Below are positions 1 through 6,447 of a stretch of DNA of 10,055 nt, in pieces. The notes under the pieces were generated by a model that was not told the DNA's origin, did no database searches, and worked only from the letters and a program-made list of their open reading frames with translations. The stretch comes from a virus (taxonomy: Duplodnaviria > Heunggongvirae > Uroviricota > Caudoviricetes). The stretch's first letter is position 1. The number at the start of each line of letters is the position of its first letter. A program made the translations under genes and the position numbers. Location of the stretch: IMG/VR virus record IMGVR_UViG_2706795442_000001; one strand, given 5' to 3'.

Positions 1-57
1 CACAATAGGACATCTTGTGCAACTTTGTGTACTTAACATATAAATTTTGTTTTCCAT
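1..57 (-). CDS. 5' part of a glutaredoxin/NrdH-like redoxin (runs off the window edge)
   Basis: Not in the ORF track. Manual translation from ATG at 57 gives MENKIYMLSTQSCTRCPIV, a CxxC-P motif about 12 residues from the N-terminus, typical of the thioredoxin fold. GGAG RBS at 67-70 lies right after the stop of the 327-aa ORF. Confidence 0.7.
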   Translation of the reverse strand, partial: MENKIYMLSTQSCTRCPIV

Positions 58-72
58 AATTAAAAAACTCCT

Positions 73-1056
73 TTATCTCCATCTTAATTCCATAGCTTTA
101 TGGTTTACTTTTTTGATTGCAGCTTCTATTGATTGTCTAACAGAAGATTCATCATTTCCTATTATATCAGCTATAGCAACATTTGTCAAGCCATTTCTAT
201 AAAATTTTAAACATTCTCTTTCTCTGTCTGTCATTTCAGTACGTTCTATAAGATTATCTAAATCATATAATATACATTGAAAATCATTTTGGAAATCCCC
301 ATTAAATTTAAATCTCAATAATCCGTCTACTCTATTAAAGTGTGGATTACTATAATCTAATGAATACCCCTTTAAATGATTATAATTTGCAAAATCAATT
401 ACATCTAAATTTGGCTGTGTCGATTCGCTAAAATATCTTAATGAATAGCCGTGAATTTTCATTAGACTATCTTTTGCTAATATCATATCTTTTTTAACTT
501 CGCCTTTGATTCTATCTACTTTAAACTTTTGACCTTCTTCTGATTTTCTTTTCAATACATTAAGATAAGTGTCATAATCTCTGAGAACTGAGCCTAGCCA
601 ATCCCCACGTTTTAAGTCTTTAGCTGTTATTTTTTGGTCTTTACTTTTTTTATAGTTACTCTGACCTGCCAAAAGAAAATCTATTACTTCTGGTTCTTGG
701 TCTTGATATAATTTTTCTTTACTAACTGCTTTTCTAAAAGCATCTTCATCATAATAAAACTTGTAATTCACGTCGTTATCTTCTCTTGTATCAGCAGAAT
801 TAAGTAAATATGTTGCATAATTCTCCAATACTTTACAAACATTATTATCCATAGAGAGATAATCATTTTGAGAAGCTACTGGATTATAGTAATCTGTAAA
901 ATATTCTTCAAAGAATGATGTCCCCTCTAATGTTTGATTAATACAATCTAATCTATCGTTATAATTAAGAAGACTTCTATCCATAACTTTATTTAATTTA
1001 ATAGCATTAGTTCCGTCTAATGTTGCTGTAAAATTTTGTTGTGTTGTAAAAGCCAC
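73..1056 (-). CDS. Phage protein with a C-terminal sigma70 region-4/LuxR-like helix-turn-helix; putative transcription regulator or sigma-like factor
   Basis: 327-aa ORF with GTG start and AGGAG upstream. C-terminus MTDRERECLKFYRNGLTNVAIADIIGNDESSVRQSIEAAIKKV fits the LTxRExE..L...G.T..EIA..lG.S...V pattern. The N-terminal 270 aa are not recognised. Confidence 0.7.
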   Translation of the reverse strand: MAFTTQQNFTATLDGTNAIKLNKVMDRSLLNYNDRLDCINQTLEGTSFFEEYFTDYYNPVASQNDYLSMDNNVCKVLENYATYLLNSADTREDNDVNYKFYYDEDAFRKAVSKEKLYQDQEPEVIDFLLAGQSNYKKSKDQKITAKDLKRGDWLGSVLRDYDTYLNVLKRKSEEGQKFKVDRIKGEVKKDMILAKDSLMKIHGYSLRYFSESTQPNLDVIDFANYNHLKGYSLDYSNPHFNRVDGLLRFKFNGDFQNDFQCILYDLDNLIERTEMTDRERECLKFYRNGLTNVAIADIIGNDESSVRQSIEAAIKKVNHKAMELRWR

Positions 1057-1085
1057 TATTTCTCAACTCCTATATTCTGTTTCAT
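1056..1085 (-). CDS. 9-aa leader mini-ORF (MKQNIGVEK)
   Basis: GGAGG RBS (1094-1098) 8 nt before ATG at 1085. Its TAG stop overlaps the GTG start of the 327-aa ORF by one base. Confidence 0.4.
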   Translation of the reverse strand: MKQNIGVEK

Positions 1086-1115
1086 AAATAATACCTCCAA
1101 TTATTTCGTATAATT

Positions 1116-1145
1116 ATTATAACATACGAGAACTATGCTTGTCAA
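1116..1145 (-). promoter_or_regulatory. sigmaA/sigma70-type promoter for the HTH regulator and redoxin
   Basis: Minus strand TTGACA (1145-1140), 18 nt, TATAAT (1121-1116), with extended -10 TG. Confidence 0.8.
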
Positions 1146-1237
1146 TCATTAATTTAATAAAATGTATCGTTTATGTGGTAAAAAACACCCCTTGAACCCC
1201 GTCATAGAGCCATTTTGTTTTTAGGTTAAAAATTAAT

Positions 1238-1254
1238 TGTTAAGAAAATGTTAA
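1238..1254 (+). promoter_or_regulatory. OmpR/PhoB-family direct repeat TGTTAA-N5-TGTTAA
   Basis: TGTTAAGAAAATGTTAA matches the WalR consensus TGTWAH-N5-TGTWAH and contains the SaeR consensus GTTAA-N6-GTTAA. On the minus strand it reads TTAACA-N5-TTAACA (PhoP-like). It is intergenic. Confidence 0.5.
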
Positions 1255-1259
1255 GATTG

Positions 1260-1772
1260 TCAGATATGTGTCCAAGTTTTTCTTTTTACTATATTCCAAA
1301 CCGTTGTAATAGAAATATTAAAATATATTGATAATTCTCTTAGAGTAAGTTCTCCTGTGTCATACATTTCTCTTAATTCTTTAACATCTTCATTTGTCAT
1401 CTTAGATTTTGATGTCGCTTCCCCTCTACTATAATTAAATTTTGAGAAATCAGTAAGACCTGTTTCTATAGAATGTTCAGTATTTTCTTTAGCTGTGCAC
1501 CATTCTAAATTATAAAATTTATTATTTGTTTTATTCCCGTCTTTATGGTTTACTTGAGGTTTATCATTAGGATTAGGGATAAATGCTTGAGCAACCAGCC
1601 TATGAACAAAAACTTTCTTTTTCATGTCATTATCATTAACTAATTCTATTTTTTCATACCCCTTACAAGAATAAAATCTTAAATCTTTTAGCCTTATAAC
1701 GTTTTTAACTCTCCCCTTATTTCTAACTAAATATTTAGAAAAACCTTCAACTATTTTCCATTTTTCTTCCAT
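1260..1772 (-). CDS. Free-standing NUMOD4-HNH homing endonuclease (I-HmuI-like) with a possible C-terminal HTH
   Basis: NUMOD4-like start MEEKWKIVEGFSKYLVRNKGRVKN; HNH core VHRLVAQAFIPNPNDKPQVNHKDGNKTNNKFYNLEWCT..EN..H; C-terminal HTH-like segment LRELSIYFNISITTVWNIVKRKTW. AAGGAG RBS. Confidence 0.92.
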   Translation of the reverse strand: MEEKWKIVEGFSKYLVRNKGRVKNVIRLKDLRFYSCKGYEKIELVNDNDMKKKVFVHRLVAQAFIPNPNDKPQVNHKDGNKTNNKFYNLEWCTAKENTEHSIETGLTDFSKFNYSRGEATSKSKMTNEDVKELREMYDTGELTLRELSIYFNISITTVWNIVKRKTWTHI

Positions 1773-1817
1773 TATGTTATCTCCTTTCTATATATTATAA
1801 TAAAAAATGATTAGATG

Positions 1818-2011
1818 CCCCCCATCTCTATTAAAAACCCAATATAATAAGTCGGTAAAAATATCAAACGCCCCCTTACGACATAGAAAATTGCTTTATA
1901 ATTCGTGGTAAAATTTACTAACCCCCTCCATGTTAAAAGAAACGCATTTATATTCTTCGGTAAAATTATCCCTATATATCCACAGAAATCGCTTTATAAA
2001 GCTGAGTAAAA
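1818..2011. repeat. Four degenerate tandem units of about 46-53 bp (CCCCC...TTTATA-N6-GGTAAAA)
   Basis: C-runs at 1818, 1871, 1922, 1970; (G/A)GTAAAA at 1854, 1907, 1959, 2005. Confidence 0.65.
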
Positions 2012-2259
2012 TCAGTATTCCAATACAGTAGCATATTTAAAGAATCTACCATGTTTAATAAATAAATTTCTTGTAAGCTATATCCATGTTCAAGACACCA
2101 ATCTTCAATATATTTTACAGTTTGAATACAAGCAGTGCTTTCATATTTGTTATTTGTTTCTTTATGTTTTACTACATACTATAACTCGGCATATATATTT
2201 TTGCTAAGAAAATATTTAATTTGGATTTTTCTAAAATATTCCTTTTTAAAATTATTCAT
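1972..2259 (-). pseudogene. 95-codon ORF interrupted by one in-frame TAG
   Basis: MNNFKKEYFRKIQIKYFLSKNIYAEL*YVVKHKETNNKYESTACIQTVKYIEDWCLEHGYSLQEIYLLNMVDSLNMLLYWNTDFTQLYKAISVDI*. TAG at 2181-2179; protein-like composition on both sides; no clear RBS. Confidence 0.5.
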
Positions 2260-2428
2260 ATTTCAATCAATTTCTAAGTTATTATGCATTTCCATAGTGT
2301 TTTTGTTATTATGATTTTACGAAAAGAATTATTATATTCAATCACTAAAACATATTCTCTAAAATCATATTTTCCAAATATTGTATATGCTGAAAAGTTT
2401 ATTTGTTTTTTAATTCATTTTCTATCAT
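2256..2428 (-). pseudogene. Possible decayed small gene (A-tract frameshift plus internal TAG)
   Basis: MIENEL from 2428, then a shift in an A6 tract to KKQINFSAYTIFGKYDFREYVLVIEYNNSFRKIIITKTLWKCIIT*KLIEI. It ends in a TGA that overlaps the ATG at 2259 (ATGA). Confidence 0.3.
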
Positions 2429-2451
2429 GTAATCAATTAATTACCCTATTA

Positions 2452-2898
2452 TTATATCCCTTTCCTCCATGCTAATAATATTAAATCATTAACAATTCCA
2501 ATGTCATATATTTTAAAAATATTATCTACTTTATCAGTTTGCAGTAATTTTTCTAACGTCATATTTTCAAATAATTGTTTGTTCCTATTTGTATATTCAA
2601 CTAATAAATCGTATTTTCGGTTTTGAAAAATACTCATGTCTACTTCTTTATAATATCTTGCTATGTTTATAAAAGGTTTTTGTAAATCACTTTTATTTTT
2701 TAATCCAGATATAGCTATGTCTCCGTTATTTTGTATTTTTATTTTAGTATCATTAAAGTTACTTATAATTGTTTTACTGAAAGGATTCAGTCTCTTATCC
2801 AAAATCATCTCCATTGTTTCAATAAGGTTTATTGTTGAGTTTGTACAAATGTGACTTGAAAAATCAAATTCATTTAACATATGTTTTCTGTTTTTCAT
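2452..2898 (-). CDS. Hypothetical protein (148 aa)
   Basis: Open frame, AAGGAG RBS, own promoter; family not recognised. Confidence 0.8.
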   Translation of the reverse strand: MKNRKHMLNEFDFSSHICTNSTINLIETMEMILDKRLNPFSKTIISNFNDTKIKIQNNGDIAISGLKNKSDLQKPFINIARYYKEVDMSIFQNRKYDLLVEYTNRNKQLFENMTLEKLLQTDKVDNIFKIYDIGIVNDLILLAWRKGI

Positions 2899-2934
2899 TC
2901 TTATTTCTCCTTTTTGTTTTTTAAATCTATTGTT

Positions 2935-2964
2935 AGTTTATCATTCAATTATAAAAATTGTCAA
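2935..2964 (-). promoter_or_regulatory. sigmaA-type promoter for the 148-aa gene
   Basis: Minus strand TTGACA (2964-2959), 18 nt, TAAACT (2940-2935), with extended -10 TG. Confidence 0.7.
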
Positions 2965-3218
2965 TTTTTTTCTTTAAAAATAAATATTTAACATATCTGC
3001 CAGTTTTTTCCAAAAATAAATTATCATGAAATTTATATATTCCCGCCGGGTTTTTTGATATTTTTTGTTATCATGAAAACTTTTTATTTTGCCTTAAAAA
3101 AGTTCCCCGGGGTTTTTAGTATGTCCCTTATCATAACTCTTTCTCATTTTTTACGAAAAAAAGTTGTCGAATTTTTTACGATTTGCCTACCGTCTAACGA
3201 CTGTCTTATAAAATAATT

Positions 3219-3310
3219 TTTTTATACAATAATAAATATATAATATAAAATTTTAATACAATATAATAAATATTTAATAAAATTTTTATACAATAATTTA
3301 TATATAACTT
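3219..3310. repeat. Three 32-bp-period AT-rich tandem units
   Basis: TTT(T/A)ATACAATA units with TACAAT at 3225, 3257 and 3289, in almost purely A/T sequence. Confidence 0.6.
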
Positions 3311-3472
3311 TTTATTTTTGATATATAACAAAATTATATAATCTATTAATTAAAAACTTTTTAGAAGTGTTCTGTTTTTTGTTCGTATTAAATTATCAAT
3401 GTTCTAATTTCTTTCTTTTAACTTGCCTATATCGTAACGCCGTTTTTTGATTTTGCGTTAAAAATAACCTAG

Positions 3473-3493
3473 TTTGTAACATTCTTGTAATAT
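3473..3493 (+). promoter_or_regulatory. WalR-type box, copy 1 of the 21-mer TTTGTAAYATTCTTGTAATAT
   Basis: TGTAAC (3475)-ATTCT-TGTAAT (3486) is an exact TGTWAH-N5-TGTWAH. Confidence 0.6.
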
Positions 3494-3550
3494 AAAACTA
3501 TTCAAACATGCGATATTAAAGCCTTTTATAGTAGATTGTAATTATTATTA

Positions 3551-3571
3551 TTTGTAATATTCTTGTAATAT
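3551..3571 (+). promoter_or_regulatory. WalR-type box, copy 2
   Basis: TGTAAT (3553)-ATTCT-TGTAAT (3564). Confidence 0.6.
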
Positions 3572-3730
3572 AGGCGTGTTTCTTCCATATAAAGACAAAA
3601 ATATTATTTCAAACTTGTATTTTTCCTTTTAATAGTAGAAACTATTTTAAAAAATAAATTTTAAAATTTTTTACGCTTACTCTCTCAAGGGATTTAGTCA
3701 TTTTTTAGTATGTAAATTTAAAATTAATAC

Positions 3731-3759
3731 TTGCAATTAGTTTTATAAGGGCGTATAGT
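3731..3759 (+). promoter_or_regulatory. sigmaA-type promoter
   Basis: TTGCAA, 17 nt, TATAGT, upstream of the ORF at 3809. Confidence 0.7.
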
Positions 3760-3808
3760 AAGAATTGTCAAAAGGGCAACAAACAAAAAAGAAAAAGGAT
3801 GATAAAAA

Positions 3809-4060
3809 ATGAAAATTACAAAAGAATACAATGAAGCATCAAGCACAGTAAACAATATGGATGTTTTTGATGTATACGTGAATGACTGGGGACTGCTACA
3901 GTATGGGTTTAAATATAATGAATTTACTGGGCTACATGATTTATACATTATGAACACAAAGAAAAAATTTACTGGTGTGCCACTTGAAAAAATGAATAAT
4001 ATTATTGAAAAAGAGTTAAATTATCAAATTAAACTATTTAAACAAGCGAAAAGAATTTAA
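3809..4060 (+). CDS. Hypothetical small early phage protein (83 aa)
   Basis: AAAGGATGATAAAAAATG RBS junction and its own promoter. Confidence 0.8.
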   Translation: MKITKEYNEASSTVNNMDVFDVYVNDWGLLQYGFKYNEFTGLHDLYIMNTKKKFTGVPLEKMNNIIEKELNYQIKLFKQAKRI

Positions 4061-4068
4061 AATAATTG

Positions 4069-4097
4069 TTGACTTTCAGAAATGAAAAGAGTAACAT
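4069..4097 (+). promoter_or_regulatory. sigmaA-type promoter
   Basis: TTGACT, 17 nt, TAACAT, followed by AGACAGTTA at 4101. Confidence 0.75.
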
Positions 4098-4136
4098 TAT
4101 AGACAGTTATAAATCACATAGAAAAGGATGATAAAA

Positions 4137-4682
4137 ATGAAAACAATTACACAAACATTTAATATTTATGAAATTACAGAATTAGAAGAAGAAGCAAAAC
4201 AAGAAGCAATTGAACAATCAAGAAATCAATTTCAAGAAATGGTGTCTGATTTTTACTATGATGAAATGCTATCAACTTTTAAAGAAGTAGCTAAAAACTT
4301 AAATATTGATATTGTTAGTTGGTCTATTGGATGCTTTAATCCTAACATATATATCAATCTTGATATTACCGATTATATGGAATTATCAAACACAGAAAAA
4401 AATAAACTAGTTGATAAAGTTAATCAATTTATTAAAAGTGATGATGATTGTCCGTTTACTGGTGTTTATACTGATTGTTATTTTAATGATTACTTTATTA
4501 AAAATAACATTAATAAAGTTACTTATAATAATCTTCATAAACACATAACAGAATCTTTTGACTGGGTATTATCTAAATATATCAATGATATTGAAAACAA
4601 TATATTAAATGATGATTTAATGATTGAGTATTCTCAAGATAATAATTTTATGTTTTTAGAAAATGGTAAAATTTATCAATGA
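4137..4682 (+). CDS. Conserved-looking acidic phage protein of unknown function (181 aa; start moved from 4128 to 4137)
   Basis: AAGGA RBS spacing favours ATG at 4137. The N-terminus (TFNIYEITELEEEAKQEAIE), central CPFTGVYTD and C-terminus (FMFLENGKIY) recall, from memory only, a widespread mobile-element family. No search was run. Confidence 0.85.
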   Translation: MKTITQTFNIYEITELEEEAKQEAIEQSRNQFQEMVSDFYYDEMLSTFKEVAKNLNIDIVSWSIGCFNPNIYINLDITDYMELSNTEKNKLVDKVNQFIKSDDDCPFTGVYTDCYFNDYFIKNNINKVTYNNLHKHITESFDWVLSKYINDIENNILNDDLMIEYSQDNNFMFLENGKIYQ

Positions 4683-4707
4683 AAATAACAAAGTGTAAAA
4701 TTTCCAC

Positions 4708-4735
4708 TTGAAATCACTTTTTAAAGTAGTACAAT
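4708..4735 (+). promoter_or_regulatory. sigmaA-type promoter
   Basis: TTGAAA, 16 nt, TACAAT, preceded directly by AACAAAGTGTAAAATTTCC. Confidence 0.65.
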
Positions 4736-4782
4736 AAATAATATAAGATAATCAAATAAACAAATTGAAAGAGGTTTTTAAA

Positions 4783-4984
4783 ATGAAAACAAAAAAAATA
4801 TACAATTAAACATAATAACACAGATGTTAGTAAATTATGGAATTTAGCAAAAAACGGCGTTTTTAGTTATCAGACAGTACGCAAGATATTCGACAATGAA
4901 AATGATGGATTCATTACATTTAATAGCAAATATTCATATGATAAATTCAAACAACATGAATTTACTACAAGCGCATATTATTAA
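4783..4984 (+). pseudogene. 66-aa gene frameshifted in an A8 tract (or phase-variable)
   Basis: Promoter, GAGGT RBS and ATG at 4783; stops after 8 codons as written. Removing one A from 4791-4798 gives MKTKKYTIKHNNTDVSKLWNLAKNGVFSYQTVRKIFDNENDGFITFNSKYSYDKFKQHEFTTSAYY, ending at TAA 4982-4984 just before the next promoter. Confidence 0.75.
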
Positions 4985-4992
4985 AATAATTC

Positions 4993-5020
4993 TTGATTTT
5001 GAAAATCAAAGTGATATAAT
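4993..5020 (+). promoter_or_regulatory. sigmaA-type promoter with a palindrome over -35
   Basis: TTGATT, 16 nt, TATAAT with extended TG. TTGATTTT-G-AAAATCAA (4993-5009) is a perfect inverted repeat. Confidence 0.7.
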
Positions 5021-5066
5021 AGATATTAAGAAATACAAAAAAATGAAATGAAAAGGATGATAAAAA

Positions 5067-5363
5067 ATGAACAACAAAAAATTTAATGAATTACAACAAT
5101 TAATTGAAGAAGTAAACGAAATTACAAACGGGGCATATGATAACATTATTAAAGAAGAAAAAGAAACTTTTTGGAATAGTTTGGAAATTAGGGACGAAAA
5201 ACCGGAACGTATAGCGAATATGATTCACTTTGGCAGTTATAATCCACTAGATGAATTTATTGGGTTTGATGGTTACGGAAATATCGAAAGTATGGACAAA
5301 CACACATACTATAATGAATTGAAAGACTATCAAACAGAATTATTAAAAGAAATTGAAGAATAA
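5067..5363 (+). CDS. Hypothetical acidic phage protein (98 aa) with an FG.YNP.D.F..FDGYGN motif
   Basis: AAAAGGATGATAAAAAATG junction; the motif resembles conserved small phage proteins (from memory). Confidence 0.85.
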   Translation: MNNKKFNELQQLIEEVNEITNGAYDNIIKEEKETFWNSLEIRDEKPERIANMIHFGSYNPLDEFIGFDGYGNIESMDKHTYYNELKDYQTELLKEIEE

Positions 5364-5379
5364 GAAAGGATGTTAAAAG

Positions 5380-5907
5380 ATGAACAAATCAAAAACATTA
5401 ATTTATATTGATAGCTTATTGCTATCTTATGAAATTAAACAAGAAAGTATAGGCGCTGATATTGATATAGTTGACGTGATAGGAACTACAGAAGTTAACA
5501 ACATTATATATTTAGCGTTAGAAGTAGAATATAACGACTATTGTTATTTAACTCATGTTGAGTTAGTCAACATGTGGGCTTATCCGAATGATGATGACAA
5601 GCAAGAAATCAAAGAAGAATTATTAAACAATATATTTAAAGATATTGCTTTTCAATCAAGTAGTATCAATGTTGGCGATGTAGTAAGATATACAGACGAT
5701 ATTTATATTAAGAATATAAAAAATGATTATTTCTTTTTATCTGATAATGAAACGCCTAAAATGGATGTAAATTATATAGTAAGTGATTTACATTATGACG
5801 GCATAGACGAACAGAACAATTTAATAGTATTATATCAATTAGAAAAAGATGACGAATATTTAGGCATTCTAACTAATGAATTTGAAATTGAGAAAGTGAG
5901 TGAATAA
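5380..5907 (+). CDS. Hypothetical acidic phage protein (175 aa)
   Basis: GAAAGGATG RBS; open frame; operonic spacing. Confidence 0.85.
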   Translation: MNKSKTLIYIDSLLLSYEIKQESIGADIDIVDVIGTTEVNNIIYLALEVEYNDYCYLTHVELVNMWAYPNDDDKQEIKEELLNNIFKDIAFQSSSINVGDVVRYTDDIYIKNIKNDYFFLSDNETPKMDVNYIVSDLHYDGIDEQNNLIVLYQLEKDDEYLGILTNEFEIEKVSE

Positions 5908-5909
5908 AA

Positions 5910-6272
5910 ATGAAAGAATTGATATTATCAAATATAACAAAATATGAAAATTTTAAAGAGTATTCAAAATATATGAATACAGATAAAGAAGAATTTAAAG
6001 AAAATGAAGCAAATGGGTTTATTGTAAATATTACGTGTGGAACATATAACGGCGCTACCGATGAATTTACGCCGTGGCGCATTACTGATGACAATATTAT
6101 TGATACTTTAGTGCAATCATTAAGTGATTTAGATTACTATAATATTATTGCTAATATGGTAGATGAAGATACTACCAATTGGAAAATTGAGAAATTTATT
6201 TATGAATTAGTTAGCATTGAAAAAATTTTTATAATAGAAGATACAAGAAATATTTATATTGATAGAAATTAA
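5910..6272 (+). CDS. Hypothetical phage protein (120 aa)
   Basis: GAAAGTGAGTG RBS embedded in the end of the previous gene; followed by a terminator. Confidence 0.85.
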   Translation: MKELILSNITKYENFKEYSKYMNTDKEEFKENEANGFIVNITCGTYNGATDEFTPWRITDDNIIDTLVQSLSDLDYYNIIANMVDEDTTNWKIEKFIYELVSIEKIFIIEDTRNIYIDRN

Positions 6273-6298
6273 AACGGGCTTTCATAGTCCGTTTTTTT
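6271..6298 (+). terminator. Rho-independent terminator
   Basis: ACGGGCT-TTCAT-AGTCCGT stem (one G-U pair), followed by a T-run and preceded by an A-run. Confidence 0.85.
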
Positions 6299-6447
6299 GT
6301 GTTTTTTAGGTCTAAAATAAAAGCGATTTCAAACCGTTGATATAATGGCAATCTGTCCATATAGCGACTTTATTAAGTTTTTAGGGGTATTGTAGCCTAA
6401 AAAACTAAAGTCCATAAATACCCCTTTAAAATAGATTTTAAGGCATG

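Noticed and set aside
1150-1800. Group I intron around the HNH gene
   Set aside because: The HNH lies between complete genes; no split host gene or recognisable P7/catalytic core.
1818-2011. Possible CRISPR or mini-array
   Set aside because: Units are too degenerate, with no constant 25-40 bp repeat and unique spacers, and no cas genes are visible.
2284-2475. 63-aa plus-strand ORF
   Set aside because: No RBS; antisense to the minus-strand module; composition typical of a reverse-complement shadow.
2663-2854. 63-aa plus-strand ORF
   Set aside because: Lies wholly antisense to the 148-aa gene, which has its own promoter and RBS.
3040-3118. CCCGCCGGG-T6 and CCCCGGGG-T5 as terminators
   Set aside because: Stems are 3-4 bp with loops too short to fold, and no upstream plus-strand gene needs terminating.
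3193-3199. SPO1 late -35 CGTTAGA on the minus strand
   Set aside because: No matching -10 (GATATT) at the right distance; probably chance.
3221-3294. DnaA boxes (TTATACAAT)
   Set aside because: Two mismatches to TTATNCACA in nearly pure A/T sequence; not significant.
3724-3957. 77-aa minus-strand ORF
   Set aside because: Shadow of the 3809 gene and its promoter.
5873-6094. 73-aa minus-strand ORF
   Set aside because: Shadow of the 5910 gene; no RBS.
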